Shown here one piece after another: positions 1 to 8,856 of a stretch of DNA of 55,514 nt. Position numbers and translations under genes: made by a program. Within the stretch, counting starts at the first letter, position 1; every line of letters begins with the position of its first letter. Source of the stretch: Candidatus Micrarchaeia archaeon (GTDB lineage: Archaea > Micrarchaeota > Micrarchaeia > Anstonellales > Bilamarchaeaceae); assembly GCA_050303335.1 (NCBI GenBank), contig JBNLBN010000003.1:1-55514 (forward strand), in the 5' to 3' direction. The notes below the pieces were generated by a model that saw only the letters and a program-made list of their open reading frames with translations, searched no databases and was not told the origin of the DNA.

Positions 1-1
1 A

Positions 2-562
2 CCTGGGAGGGAAGCAATCTTCTTATCAGAAAGCCACGAGAATTTTCTGCATGACAATAGGATTACAGACAACGATGGGACAGCGATCCACCTGGTTCTT
101 TCAAACATGAATGAAATACTCTCGAACCAAATTTCGATCAATGGAATGGGAATAGAACTAAGTGATTCTGATGAAAATACCATCCATGGCAATGACGTAA
201 GTGAAAATTGTGTGGGGGTCAGCCTTTTCGATTCAGATAAAAATCTGATAACGGAAAATACCGTTTATTCAAATAGGCTCAAGGGAGATAGATGCAGCAC
301 CTTAACCGCAGAAAATTTTGGGATCTTGATTGTGGGGGAATCAAACAACAACACTGTTTCCTCCAATGAGGTATTTGATAATGTAAAGGGAATAGGGCTG
401 TCACACTTCAGCTTCCAATACTATGGCGCTGTTTACCCTAAGGAAAACAAAATCTATGACAACAATGCTCATGACAATCAAGAGAATTACTACAAATCCT
501 CAATTTGCTTGATGCTATTCGGTTTGCCTCTTTTGCTGGTTTGGAGTTTCAGAATAAGTTGA
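2..562 (+). CDS. Parallel beta-helix (NosD/CASH-like) repeat surface protein, 5'-truncated by the window edge, with a C-terminal Cys + hydrophobic tail
   Basis: The frame is open from nt 2 with no stop before the listed ATG at 107. It has ~22-aa repeats of the N-x-I-x-x-N...G-I-x-L type (INGMGIELSDSDENTIHGNDVSEN, VGVSLFDSDKNLITENTVYSN, GIGLSHF). It ends SSICLMLFGLPLLLVWSFRIS. Confidence 0.6.
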   Translation, partial: PGREAIFLSESHENFLHDNRITDNDGTAIHLVLSNMNEILSNQISINGMGIELSDSDENTIHGNDVSENCVGVSLFDSDKNLITENTVYSNRLKGDRCSTLTAENFGILIVGESNNNTVSSNEVFDNVKGIGLSHFSFQYYGAVYPKENKIYDNNAHDNQENYYKSSICLMLFGLPLLLVWSFRIS

Positions 563-587
563 ATAAGTTTTCCGTCCAATCTTTTTT

Positions 588-1151
588 ATGGAAATCACAA
601 GGTATATTTTTGAGGCTGGAATGCTGAAAAGAGTCGCAAGATCAGGCTGGTGGGCCGAAAAGGTTACTGATACTGAATCAGTTGCAGATCACTGCTACAG
701 GGCGGCTGTCATTGGATTCCTTCTTGCGAAGATGGAAGGGAAATCCGATGAATCTGCAAAAAAAATCTGCACTGCGCTTGTTTTCCATGACATGCATGAA
801 ACAAGGATGCAGGATCTCCATAAGATCGCCCAGCGGTATATTGATGTGAAGGGGATCGGGAAGAAGATAGAGGAGGATCAGGCAGGCCCTCTTCCGGACG
901 GGATCAGGGAATCGGTCCTCAGGATCCTGGAACTGGATGAAGACGAGGAAAAGATAAAGCATGATGCCGATGCACTTGAATGCGCTTTCCAGGCAAAGGA
1001 GTATTTCGAGATGGGGCATAGGGGCTGCTGGAGCTGGATTGAAAACATAGAGAAGAAGATCCATACGGAGAGTGCCAAAAAGATACTCGGGGAAATGAAG
1101 GAACTCGATTCCAGCTGCTGGTGGAAAGGCCTCAAGAAGTTATCCGATTGA
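588..1151 (+). CDS. HD-domain phosphohydrolase (YfbR-like 5'-nucleotidase family)
   Basis: ESVADHCYRAAVIGFLLA, then VFHDMHETRMQDLH (H...HD...D metal ligands), then a late DADALECAFQA helix typical of HD_3 proteins. Confidence 0.75.
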   Translation: MEITRYIFEAGMLKRVARSGWWAEKVTDTESVADHCYRAAVIGFLLAKMEGKSDESAKKICTALVFHDMHETRMQDLHKIAQRYIDVKGIGKKIEEDQAGPLPDGIRESVLRILELDEDEEKIKHDADALECAFQAKEYFEMGHRGCWSWIENIEKKIHTESAKKILGEMKELDSSCWWKGLKKLSD

Positions 1152-1646
1152 GATTTTTTTTATTTCGAGTTCCCTTAATTTTGCAAGGGCCGTACCCGGA
1201 AGCCTTTTTTCAAGAATTATTGTCAGTTTCGGATTCGGGTATATGTCCGGGTCGTCGCTTACAAGCTGGCGGATTACGATGTTCGAATCGGAAATTATCT
1301 TAGTGACGCTGCTGATTATTCCGACAGCATGGGGCTCCGCTTCGATTTCCAAAACCTCGAAACCAAGGTGTCCTGCCACGTTTTTTATGAATGATGTCGG
1401 CTGGAGTTCGCTGAAGATGTTGTACAGATCTGGAATTTCTGAAATCATCTGCGCGGTTTCAATTACCACCCTCCGGTCAACATCCAATGCACGGGCGATT
1501 TTGACCGGGGAAATTTCGATTTCACCGCAGAAAATCCCCCCTGATTTTTCCACCCGTAAGCCACGTCGGAGAAAGAGATCGGCTACATTTTTGCGCATCG
1601 GGTAGCGGACAAAGGCACTTTCCAGGATAGGATACATGATGTACAA
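1140..1646 (-). CDS. Archaeal ACT-domain regulator of amino-acid metabolism (COG2150-like)
   Basis: 168 aa. N-terminal wHTH-like segment (VADLFLRRGLRVEKSGGIFCGEIEISPVKIARALDVDRRVV), then an ACT-like segment (LEIEAEPHAVGIISSVTKIISDSNIVIRQL). Family assignment is from memory of the fold pattern. Confidence 0.55.
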   Translation of the reverse strand: MYIMYPILESAFVRYPMRKNVADLFLRRGLRVEKSGGIFCGEIEISPVKIARALDVDRRVVIETAQMISEIPDLYNIFSELQPTSFIKNVAGHLGFEVLEIEAEPHAVGIISSVTKIISDSNIVIRQLVSDDPDIYPNPKLTIILEKRLPGTALAKLRELEIKKISIG

Positions 1647-1684
1647 TTTTGTCCATAAAAGCTATAAATATATCATTGTCCAGA

Positions 1685-2107
1685 ATGGAATTTATGAGAA
1701 GATTACTAAAAGCGCCAACAGCCAGGGTTTCCTTGGGGGAACCCGTGGCAGAATCATACAGTTCGATATCCGACCTGAGGATGCTCATACTGAACGCGAG
1801 GCAAAGGCAGAACAAAACGGTCAAAGTCCCTGCAGGGGCATGGGCGGAACCTGAAGAAAAAGAATGCATGCTTCCATCCGAAGGGGCAAATAGGTCTTAT
1901 AGGAGCGCCGTGGAGCTTGCAGGGACTCTGGTCGCAACCACCAGCGACGCCAGGAAGCTTTTCGAGATCCTTGATGTGCTGTCTGATGATCCCATGAAAG
2001 ATATCGGAAAATACGACTTGGCAGAACTGAGGCAACGATGCAATGATAAACTGCTGGACCAGTTCAGGACTAAAGTGCATTCAAGAGCGATAGGCTTCGG
2101 GGTATAA
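1685..2107 (+). CDS. Hypothetical protein (start uncertain)
   Basis: The ORF is listed from 1649. A start there would leave only 2 nt to the divergent gene. A TATA-like CTATAAATATA at about 1661-1671 favours ATG 1685 or 1694. No family recognised. Confidence 0.35.
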   Translation: MEFMRRLLKAPTARVSLGEPVAESYSSISDLRMLILNARQRQNKTVKVPAGAWAEPEEKECMLPSEGANRSYRSAVELAGTLVATTSDARKLFEILDVLSDDPMKDIGKYDLAELRQRCNDKLLDQFRTKVHSRAIGFGV

Positions 2108-2134
2108 ATTACTTTTCTTTAATATTAGTTGCAA

Positions 2135-3202
2135 ATGGGAATCCAGGAAAAAATAAAAGAGATAGAGGAAGAGATGGACCGGACCCAGGTCAACAAGGCA
2201 ACCGAGTACCATCTTGGAATTCTTAAGGCAAAGCTTGCCAAACTCAGAAGGGAGCTTGTGACCCCATCCGGCACCAAAGGGGCCGGCGGCTTCGATGTAA
2301 GGAAAAGCGGGGATGCATCAGTAGTTCTGATCGGGCTTCCATCGGTAGGAAAAAGTACCCTCTTGAACAAGCTTACTGGGGCGAAATCAGAAATCGCTTC
2401 ATACGCATTTACCACCTTGAAATGCATTCCCGGAGTGATGAGATACAAGGATGCAAAGATCCAGATCCTCGATCTTCCGGGCATAATTGAAGGAGCAAAG
2501 GACGGCAAGGGAAGGGGCAGGGAAATTATCGGGGTCGCAAGGACTGCGGATCTAATACTCATTATGGTCGAGGCGGCCAATGAGAAGGCGCGGAAAGTGA
2601 TTGAAACAGAGCTTTACGGCTTCGGCATCAGGATCAACGCGGTAAGTCCGAGAGTTTCGATCTCGAAGAATGCGAAGGGAGGATTGATTATTTCAAGCAC
2701 CGTTCCGCTCAAAAAGATCAGCGAGAACGAGGTGAAGGCGGCCATGAGCGAATACAGGATCTTCAATGCCAACGTGGTCCTCCATGATGATATTACGGTT
2801 GATGAATTCATCGATGTGCTGGAGGGAAACAGGGTGTATACCCCTGCACTTTATGTCATGACAAAGTGCGATCTTGCCAAAGGGAAGCTTCCTGGGGGTT
2901 ACATCAAGATATCGCACAATGACGACAAGAGCATATCAGAACTGCGCGATGCGATATACGACAGGCTTGAACTTATCAATGTCTTCACGAAAAGGCGCGG
3001 CGAAAAGGCGGACCTGGAAGAGGCGATGGTCGTAAAGAAGGGCATTACGGTTGGAGGAGTCTGCGAAAGGCTGCACCGTGACCTGCGCAAAAACTTCCGG
3101 TATGCAATGATCTGGGGAAAGTCCGTGAAACACCCGGCCCAGAGGGTTGGACTGAACCACGTTGTTGCCGATGGCGACATAATCCAGATTGTGAAGCGAT
3201 AG
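2135..3202 (+). CDS. DRG/Rbg-type OBG-family GTPase with C-terminal TGS domain
   Basis: MGIQEKIKEIEEEMDRTQVNKATEYHLGILKAKLAKLRREL (DRG N-terminus), G1 motif GLPSVGKSTLLNKLTG, G3 motif DLPG, TGS-like C-terminus. The track start at 2129 is TTG; the first ATG is at 2135. Confidence 0.9.
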   Translation: MGIQEKIKEIEEEMDRTQVNKATEYHLGILKAKLAKLRRELVTPSGTKGAGGFDVRKSGDASVVLIGLPSVGKSTLLNKLTGAKSEIASYAFTTLKCIPGVMRYKDAKIQILDLPGIIEGAKDGKGRGREIIGVARTADLILIMVEAANEKARKVIETELYGFGIRINAVSPRVSISKNAKGGLIISSTVPLKKISENEVKAAMSEYRIFNANVVLHDDITVDEFIDVLEGNRVYTPALYVMTKCDLAKGKLPGGYIKISHNDDKSISELRDAIYDRLELINVFTKRRGEKADLEEAMVVKKGITVGGVCERLHRDLRKNFRYAMIWGKSVKHPAQRVGLNHVVADGDIIQIVKR

Positions 3203-3251
3203 GGAATAGTTTAATAAAAGTTAGGTAGGCCTAAAAGAATAGGTGAAAAAA

Positions 3252-3860
3252 ATGACTTATGAATTAGAAAAATTGCCCTATGGATATGATGCTCTGGAAC
3301 CTTACATTGACGCAAAGACTATGGAGATACACCACGACAAGCACCACCAGGGATATGTGAACAAGCTTAACGCAGCAGTTGAGAAGCACCCGGAATTGTT
3401 TGAAAAAACAGTGGATGAATTATTGAAGGACTTAAATGCGGTGCCTGAAGACATTAGAAACGCTGTCAAGAACACTGGGGGGGGTACCTCAAATCATAAT
3501 TTGTATTGGAATACAATGAGAAATGGTGGAGGTGGGGAAGCCCAAGGGGAACTTGCAGATGCCATAAAAAAGGAATTTGACACGTTTGACAGTTTCAAGG
3601 AAAAATTCTCGAAAAACGCCATGTCACTCTTTGGTTCAGGTTGGACATGGCTCGTCACTTCAGCTGGAGATCTTAAGATAATGAATCTTCCTAACCAGGA
3701 CAGTCCATTGAGTTTGGGAATGAAGCCAATTCTGGCAATTGACCTTTGGGAACATAGTTACTATTTGAAACACACCTCGAACCGGGCAGGTTACATAAGT
3801 GATTGGTGGAACGTCATAGACTGGCAGAAGGTCGGAGAACTATACAAAGAAAGCTTATAG
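3252..3860 (+). CDS. sod: Fe/Mn superoxide dismutase
   Basis: LPYGYDALEPYIDAKTMEIHHDKHHQGYV, and DLWEHSYYL with the C-terminal metal ligands. An alternative GTG start lies at 3243. Confidence 0.95.
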   Translation: MTYELEKLPYGYDALEPYIDAKTMEIHHDKHHQGYVNKLNAAVEKHPELFEKTVDELLKDLNAVPEDIRNAVKNTGGGTSNHNLYWNTMRNGGGGEAQGELADAIKKEFDTFDSFKEKFSKNAMSLFGSGWTWLVTSAGDLKIMNLPNQDSPLSLGMKPILAIDLWEHSYYLKHTSNRAGYISDWWNVIDWQKVGELYKESL

Positions 3861-4655
3861 ATTTAACCAGTCGACTAAATATTTTTCCTTTTTTGATTTT
3901 AGTTTTATCGTGGTAATATAATCAAAGAACAATCTTACAGAATTTTTTTTATAAATCCTAAGATGGTAAGAGGTTTTTCTGTTAGTAATCGGATTGGATT
4001 TCTGTATCGAGTAATATGATTTTATTTTGAGAGCATTTAACAGGATACCCTTTATTATTTCCAAATGGCGCTTATTTGTATTAGTAATATCCAAGCAGAT
4101 CTTAGGAGTTTTTCTGCATTCGTCATTAATTATTTTGACACATCCTTCAGCATCAAAGAAACCTTCCACGAGATACAGAGATGAAAGAGTATCAAATTTA
4201 CCAATAAGTCCATTAATGAGATTATGATCGCTACGAGCAACCCTGAAAAGCTCGAAAAGTTCATAATTATTGATTTTGACGATCCAGACATTCTTGCGCC
4301 TTATGAGATAGGGTTTTGCAATAGTCCCAGTGCAACAGTGAAGCATTTTTGAAAACTTAGAAGCAAATTCGTATTCACCTGTAAGGATTACATAATTATT
4401 TGTCTTTTTCCATTTATACAAACAACCGTCTCCAAGAAGTGCGCCTAAAACATAAAGCAATTCTTTGCAGATAATTATTTTGCCTTTTCTTCCATAAGGA
4501 CAATGAGATAGGTTATACCAGGTATATAAAGTCCCTGCGGGGATACCAAATTCTGAATTTATCTTATCAACAATAGTTTTCCTTGGACTCCCTTCTTTTT
4601 TAAGTTCAATGAATCTATCAAATGCCTCCATCCGGTATTCACGGTTCCGTCGCAT
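3855..4655 (-). CDS. Free-standing double-motif LAGLIDADG homing endonuclease-like protein with an N-terminal HTH
   Basis: Two LAGLIDADG motifs (LGALLGDGCL and LVEGFFDAEGCV) about 100 aa apart. The N-terminus has an HTH-like segment (IVDKINSEFGIPAGTLYTWYN). The gene is strikingly AT-rich and overlaps the sod 3' end by 6 nt, convergently. Confidence 0.8.
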   Translation of the reverse strand: MRRNREYRMEAFDRFIELKKEGSPRKTIVDKINSEFGIPAGTLYTWYNLSHCPYGRKGKIIICKELLYVLGALLGDGCLYKWKKTNNYVILTGEYEFASKFSKMLHCCTGTIAKPYLIRRKNVWIVKINNYELFELFRVARSDHNLINGLIGKFDTLSSLYLVEGFFDAEGCVKIINDECRKTPKICLDITNTNKRHLEIIKGILLNALKIKSYYSIQKSNPITNRKTSYHLRIYKKNSVRLFFDYITTIKLKSKKEKYLVDWLNL

Positions 4656-4790
4656 ATGCTCATGGTTGATCCCTTTTTTAGGGATATAAATCCAGAGACG
4701 ATTTATTTCCGCGGAAATGAGGTTCTTGCTATCTTATGTGACCTGAACCGTTACAAAAAAGCCCTTTAATTTTTTCTTCTAAATATATCC

Positions 4791-5051
4791 ATGGTCAGGA
4801 AGGAAGAAATCGATAAAATAAAGGAATGGTGCGAGAAGACCAAGGCAGAAAGGAACAGGATCTATGTCCTTGAGAGGAACCCGTTCAGGGACGAAATTGA
4901 ATGGACAAGGAGGTTCATCCTTATCGAGATCGACAGGCCCAAGGAAGTCGCATCAAAGAACAATCTCGTATATGATTCTACGACCAGGACGCTCTGGGAG
5001 TACATGAACAGCGACTGGAGGAAGGTTGAACCGGATATCCGGATCAGCTAA
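4791..5051 (+). CDS. Hypothetical small protein (86 aa)
   Basis: Clean ORF with charged, plausible composition. No recognised motif. Confidence 0.4.
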   Translation: MVRKEEIDKIKEWCEKTKAERNRIYVLERNPFRDEIEWTRRFILIEIDRPKEVASKNNLVYDSTTRTLWEYMNSDWRKVEPDIRIS

Positions 5052-5082
5052 CTATTTAAAGAAAATCTCCGATTTGTACCCC

Positions 5083-7749
5083 ATGCAAAGATCGATGACA
5101 GAGGTCAAAGTCGCCTCCATGCTTGATACCGTCCAAAAAAACGAAAAATTCTGGAGCTCGGTTCTTGTCTTCCTTGCAACACTGTTCCTTGTTTCAACAT
5201 TCCCATTCTACCCGATATATGTGGTGCCTGTGATTGCTCTTATTGCAGCTGTAATCGCATACAGGTTGCCCCCCGTCGGCCTCATAGTCGGATTCTTCCT
5301 TGCGCTTTTTGCAGTGATTTACCAGTCTGCTGTCTTCGGATGGATATACCTGGTCCTGCTCTCGCTGATCATGTTCGAGGCATTCAGCAACTGGAGGATA
5401 ATATCCGTACTGGTCATCCTTATCCTTGCCCCGTTTGCGCTCTCCGGACTTCCATTCATTGGCTGGGTAACCATCCTCGGGATGGCACTATCAGCACTGC
5501 ATTTCGGATCAAAGAAGAGCATCCTTGTGTCACTGCCGTCCGTATTTGCAATACTGCTCCTTTCATCAGTTTGGCTCACAGACAACAGCGCATATCTGCC
5601 GCTGGACCTGGATCTCTACAAACCAGGGGCAGCTGCATTGCAGATCGAAAAAAGCCCTGTTGCGATAATGGGCGTTGTCCCTGAGATCGTAAAATCCCTA
5701 GGGACGTTCCTGAGCCCGAACAATCTTTCAACGATATGGACATCATTCGGCTGGTTCTTCAGCAATGCGATGACGCTTGCAACAGGCGACTCGCTGATCC
5801 TGCAGCTTATCTCATGGGGAATTGCCCTCTACCTGCTTGGTTACCTTCCGGGCATGCTCAAGAAAAGGGCGCAGAGCATCTCGGCCCTGGCGCTGCTCAT
5901 CGTAATAGTGGGAAATTATGCGATCGGGCTGATCTATGGCACCCTGATGAGATATGAGTTCATGGGAGGAATAATCTTCTCGATAATTGTCCTTGTGATA
6001 ATGGAACATGTAGGATGGAACATCAGCAGGGAATCGCAGATCCAGAGATCGGACAGGATGAAATCATACGGCAAGTTCGGAATGTCCGACATGTCGCTTG
6101 GAAAGGGCGAGAAGTCGATGGACGATGTAGGCGGTTATGAGGATGTTAAAAGGGAACTTCGGGATGCGATCATGCTTCCGCTTGAACGAAAGGAGATCGC
6201 ATACACCTACGGTATAAAGCCTCCTGCGGGAATACTCCTGTTCGGCCCTCCTGGTACCGGTAAGACAATGCTAATGCGCGCACTTGCAAAGGAGCTGAAA
6301 TACAACTTCATCGAAGTGAAATGTTCGCAGATACTTTCGCAATGGTATGGCGAATCGGAAAAGAACGTTGCGGAGATATTCGACAATGCGAGGAAGAACT
6401 CTCCTACCGTGCTGTTTTTCGATGAGATCGACTCCCTGGCAAAAAGAAGGTCGGACAGCGCCCATGACACAGTAGGCCCGAGGGTATTGTCCGAGCTGCT
6501 CCAGCAGATCGACGGCGCGAACAAGGCGAAGGGCACTGTGATGGTAGTCGGTGCGACCAACCTACCCAATGAGATAGATCCAGCGTTGCTTAGACCTGGA
6601 AGGCTTGACAAGATAATCTACATGAACCTTCCAAACGAGACCGCAAGGAGGAAGATCTTCGAAGTGCACCTGAAGGGGCTGCCGATACAGGATCTGGACT
6701 TTGAGAAGCTCGTAAAGAAGACGAACAGGTTCTCAGGAGCCGACATAAATAACGTGGTTGTCGAGGCAAAGAGGCTTGCTGCAAAGGAGGCAAGCACCAG
6801 CGGCAAGATAGTCCCGATATCCATGGATTACATAATGAGGATCATCAACAATGTGAAGCCAAGTACAGGAATCAGCCAGCTTGAAACCTATGAGAAATTC
6901 AGGCTTGATTACGAGAGAAGGACCGGGTCCGAGGTCAAGCTCACCAAGAAGAAGGAGGTCAGCTGGGAGGAGGTTGCAGGTCTTGACGATGTTAAGGATG
7001 CACTTCTTGAATCAATACAGCTTCCTCTTCTCCATGAAAAGGAAATGGAACAGTACGGAGTGAAACCAAGCAAGGGAATCCTGCTTTTCGGCCCTCCTGG
7101 TACAGGTAAGACGCTTATTGTAAAGGCAGCTGCATCAGAACTGGATGCCTCCTTCCAGAACCTGAGCGCCGCGGATGTGATGAAAAAAGGATACGGCCAG
7201 GCAGTGACGATAATCAAGGAGACATTCAACCGCGCAAGGGAGAATACACCTGCACTTATATTCGTTGATGAAATTGAAACGTTTGCGCCTGCCCGGGGAA
7301 TGGGTTCGAATGAGATCATAGGGCAGTTCCTTACCGAAATGGACGGCGTTACTGGTTCGAAGGGGGTCGTTGTCATTGCGGCAACCAACAGGCCGAACAT
7401 GATGGATCCGGCAATAATGAGGCCTGGAAGATTCGACAAGATATTCTACATACCGCCTCCGGACGTGCATGGAAGGAAGGAAATCTTCAGGATACACCTT
7501 GGAAGGTTCGCTGATGATGTCAATCTGGACGTCCTTGCAGCAAAGACCCCGGGATTCAGCGGCGCAGACATAGCATCGATCTGCCAGTCAGTCAAGATGA
7601 AGGCTCTGAAAAAGAAGATCAAGGGCAATGAAGAGAAGATATCCAACGATATGATCGTGGAAGTGATAAAGACCAGGAAGCCGTCGATCACTGAGAGCCT
7701 TGTCCGGGAATACGACAAGTTCCTCAAGCAGTACGGGGAGAGGAAATAA
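5083..7749 (+). CDS. Polytopic-membrane N-domain fused to a tandem AAA+ (CDC48/VAT-like D1-D2) ATPase
   Basis: About 330 aa of successive hydrophobic helices come first. D1 follows, with GILLFGPPGTGKTMLMRALA, VLFFDEIDSL and pore loop WYG. D2 follows, with GILLFGPPGTGKTLIVKAAA, LIFVDEIETF and pore loop GYG, ending with GFSGADI. I chose ATG 5083 because the track start at 5026 overlaps the preceding ORF. Confidence 0.9.
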   Translation: MQRSMTEVKVASMLDTVQKNEKFWSSVLVFLATLFLVSTFPFYPIYVVPVIALIAAVIAYRLPPVGLIVGFFLALFAVIYQSAVFGWIYLVLLSLIMFEAFSNWRIISVLVILILAPFALSGLPFIGWVTILGMALSALHFGSKKSILVSLPSVFAILLLSSVWLTDNSAYLPLDLDLYKPGAAALQIEKSPVAIMGVVPEIVKSLGTFLSPNNLSTIWTSFGWFFSNAMTLATGDSLILQLISWGIALYLLGYLPGMLKKRAQSISALALLIVIVGNYAIGLIYGTLMRYEFMGGIIFSIIVLVIMEHVGWNISRESQIQRSDRMKSYGKFGMSDMSLGKGEKSMDDVGGYEDVKRELRDAIMLPLERKEIAYTYGIKPPAGILLFGPPGTGKTMLMRALAKELKYNFIEVKCSQILSQWYGESEKNVAEIFDNARKNSPTVLFFDEIDSLAKRRSDSAHDTVGPRVLSELLQQIDGANKAKGTVMVVGATNLPNEIDPALLRPGRLDKIIYMNLPNETARRKIFEVHLKGLPIQDLDFEKLVKKTNRFSGADINNVVVEAKRLAAKEASTSGKIVPISMDYIMRIINNVKPSTGISQLETYEKFRLDYERRTGSEVKLTKKKEVSWEEVAGLDDVKDALLESIQLPLLHEKEMEQYGVKPSKGILLFGPPGTGKTLIVKAAASELDASFQNLSAADVMKKGYGQAVTIIKETFNRARENTPALIFVDEIETFAPARGMGSNEIIGQFLTEMDGVTGSKGVVVIAATNRPNMMDPAIMRPGRFDKIFYIPPPDVHGRKEIFRIHLGRFADDVNLDVLAAKTPGFSGADIASICQSVKMKALKKKIKGNEEKISNDMIVEVIKTRKPSITESLVREYDKFLKQYGERK

Positions 7750-8239
7750 GGATGTAGAATCCGCTTCCTTTCAGTATTATCGAGAATTCAGGAAACTCAT
7801 CGCGGATGTCATCTGCATTGCTCTGGATAAGGAGATAGCCTTCTTTCTTTAGCACCCTCTTGATTTCAAGCCTGTAATTCTCCCTTTTTTCCGGATCTAT
7901 TTCTTCATAGGTGCCGATGTCTATTGCTACATCGAAAAAACCATCCTCGAAAAGGAGGAAATCCGACACGTCCATGCAATGGGGAAAAACGTTGTGGCCT
8001 TCCAGGTTCCTGAGGGCGTCATCGCTCCGGTCAATTGCATGGACCTCGAAATCGTTCCTTGCGAAGAAAAGGGAGTTGCGCCCGGATCCGCTGCCAAGGT
8101 CTGCAAGCCTTCCTGTCCTGATGTTTTTTCCCTTGAGGAAATCAAGGAGGAACACTGCTGATGCTGAGGGCTCTTGAATGTCCTTTGACGGGACCGCGAC
8201 ATCTTCCGGATCCCAAGGAGTGTCTGGCGATTGTGGCAT
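7724..8239 (-). CDS. Class I SAM-dependent methyltransferase
   Basis: Motif I LADLGSGSGRNSLFFA, then EVHAIDRSD, then FDVAIDIGT. Overlaps the AAA gene 3' end convergently by 26 nt. Confidence 0.7.
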   Translation of the reverse strand: MPQSPDTPWDPEDVAVPSKDIQEPSASAVFLLDFLKGKNIRTGRLADLGSGSGRNSLFFARNDFEVHAIDRSDDALRNLEGHNVFPHCMDVSDFLLFEDGFFDVAIDIGTYEEIDPEKRENYRLEIKRVLKKEGYLLIQSNADDIRDEFPEFSIILKGSGFYILISSPRTA

Positions 8240-8310
8240 GGATAGAAATAAGATCAGTTAGCTATATAACCAATATATAAAAACATTTCATATCATTAAA
8301 AATAACATTA

Positions 8311-8856
8311 ATGGTAATAATTATGGATACACTTCCCAGAATGAGGTATAAGCCTGCAGACATAAGATACAAGAGAGAGAAGGTTGACCCGCTAACATCA
8401 GGGATCATCAGGGCGACCAAGAACGGTGATGTCAATGCCATCAAAAGGCTCCTTGGAGAGGGAGCGAGCATAGAGAGCAAGGACGCCCATGGCAGGTCGC
8501 TTCTTGGAGTTGCTGCAAAAAGAGGGCACGTGGAGGCATTCCAGTTCCTGCTGGAGCAGGGACTTGACGAGAATGCAAGAAATGCTGTGGGGGAATCGGT
8601 ATTCATGGACGCCACCTATGCTGCAGTCTATTTTGGAAAGGACGGAGTGCTCAAAAGAATGCTGTCAAAGGACCTCCAGCCCCATTTCAGGGAAAAATGC
8701 GATCCTGAGCTCAATGTCGTCAGCTTCTATGGTGATAGTGCCCTTGATATTGCAAAACTAGATGAAGGGACCAGAGAGCTGATAGCACAGGAAGGCGGTA
8801 TCTCTGGAGAGCAGATAATAAGAAATAGAAAGAAAAAATTAGATGACGCCCAGTGA
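8311..8856 (+). CDS. Ankyrin-repeat protein
   Basis: GDVNAIKRLLGEGASIESKDAHGRSLLGVAAKRGHVEAFQFLLEQGLDENARNAVGESVFMDA gives 2-3 canonical 33-aa ANK repeats. Confidence 0.7.
   Translation: MVIIMDTLPRMRYKPADIRYKREKVDPLTSGIIRATKNGDVNAIKRLLGEGASIESKDAHGRSLLGVAAKRGHVEAFQFLLEQGLDENARNAVGESVFMDATYAAVYFGKDGVLKRMLSKDLQPHFREKCDPELNVVSFYGDSALDIAKLDEGTRELIAQEGGISGEQIIRNRKKKLDDAQ

Noticed and set aside
5026-5082. Upstream start for the membrane-AAA gene
   Set aside because: It would overlap the preceding 86-aa ORF by 26 nt in another frame. ATG 5083 lies just downstream of that ORF's stop and precedes the first TM helix.
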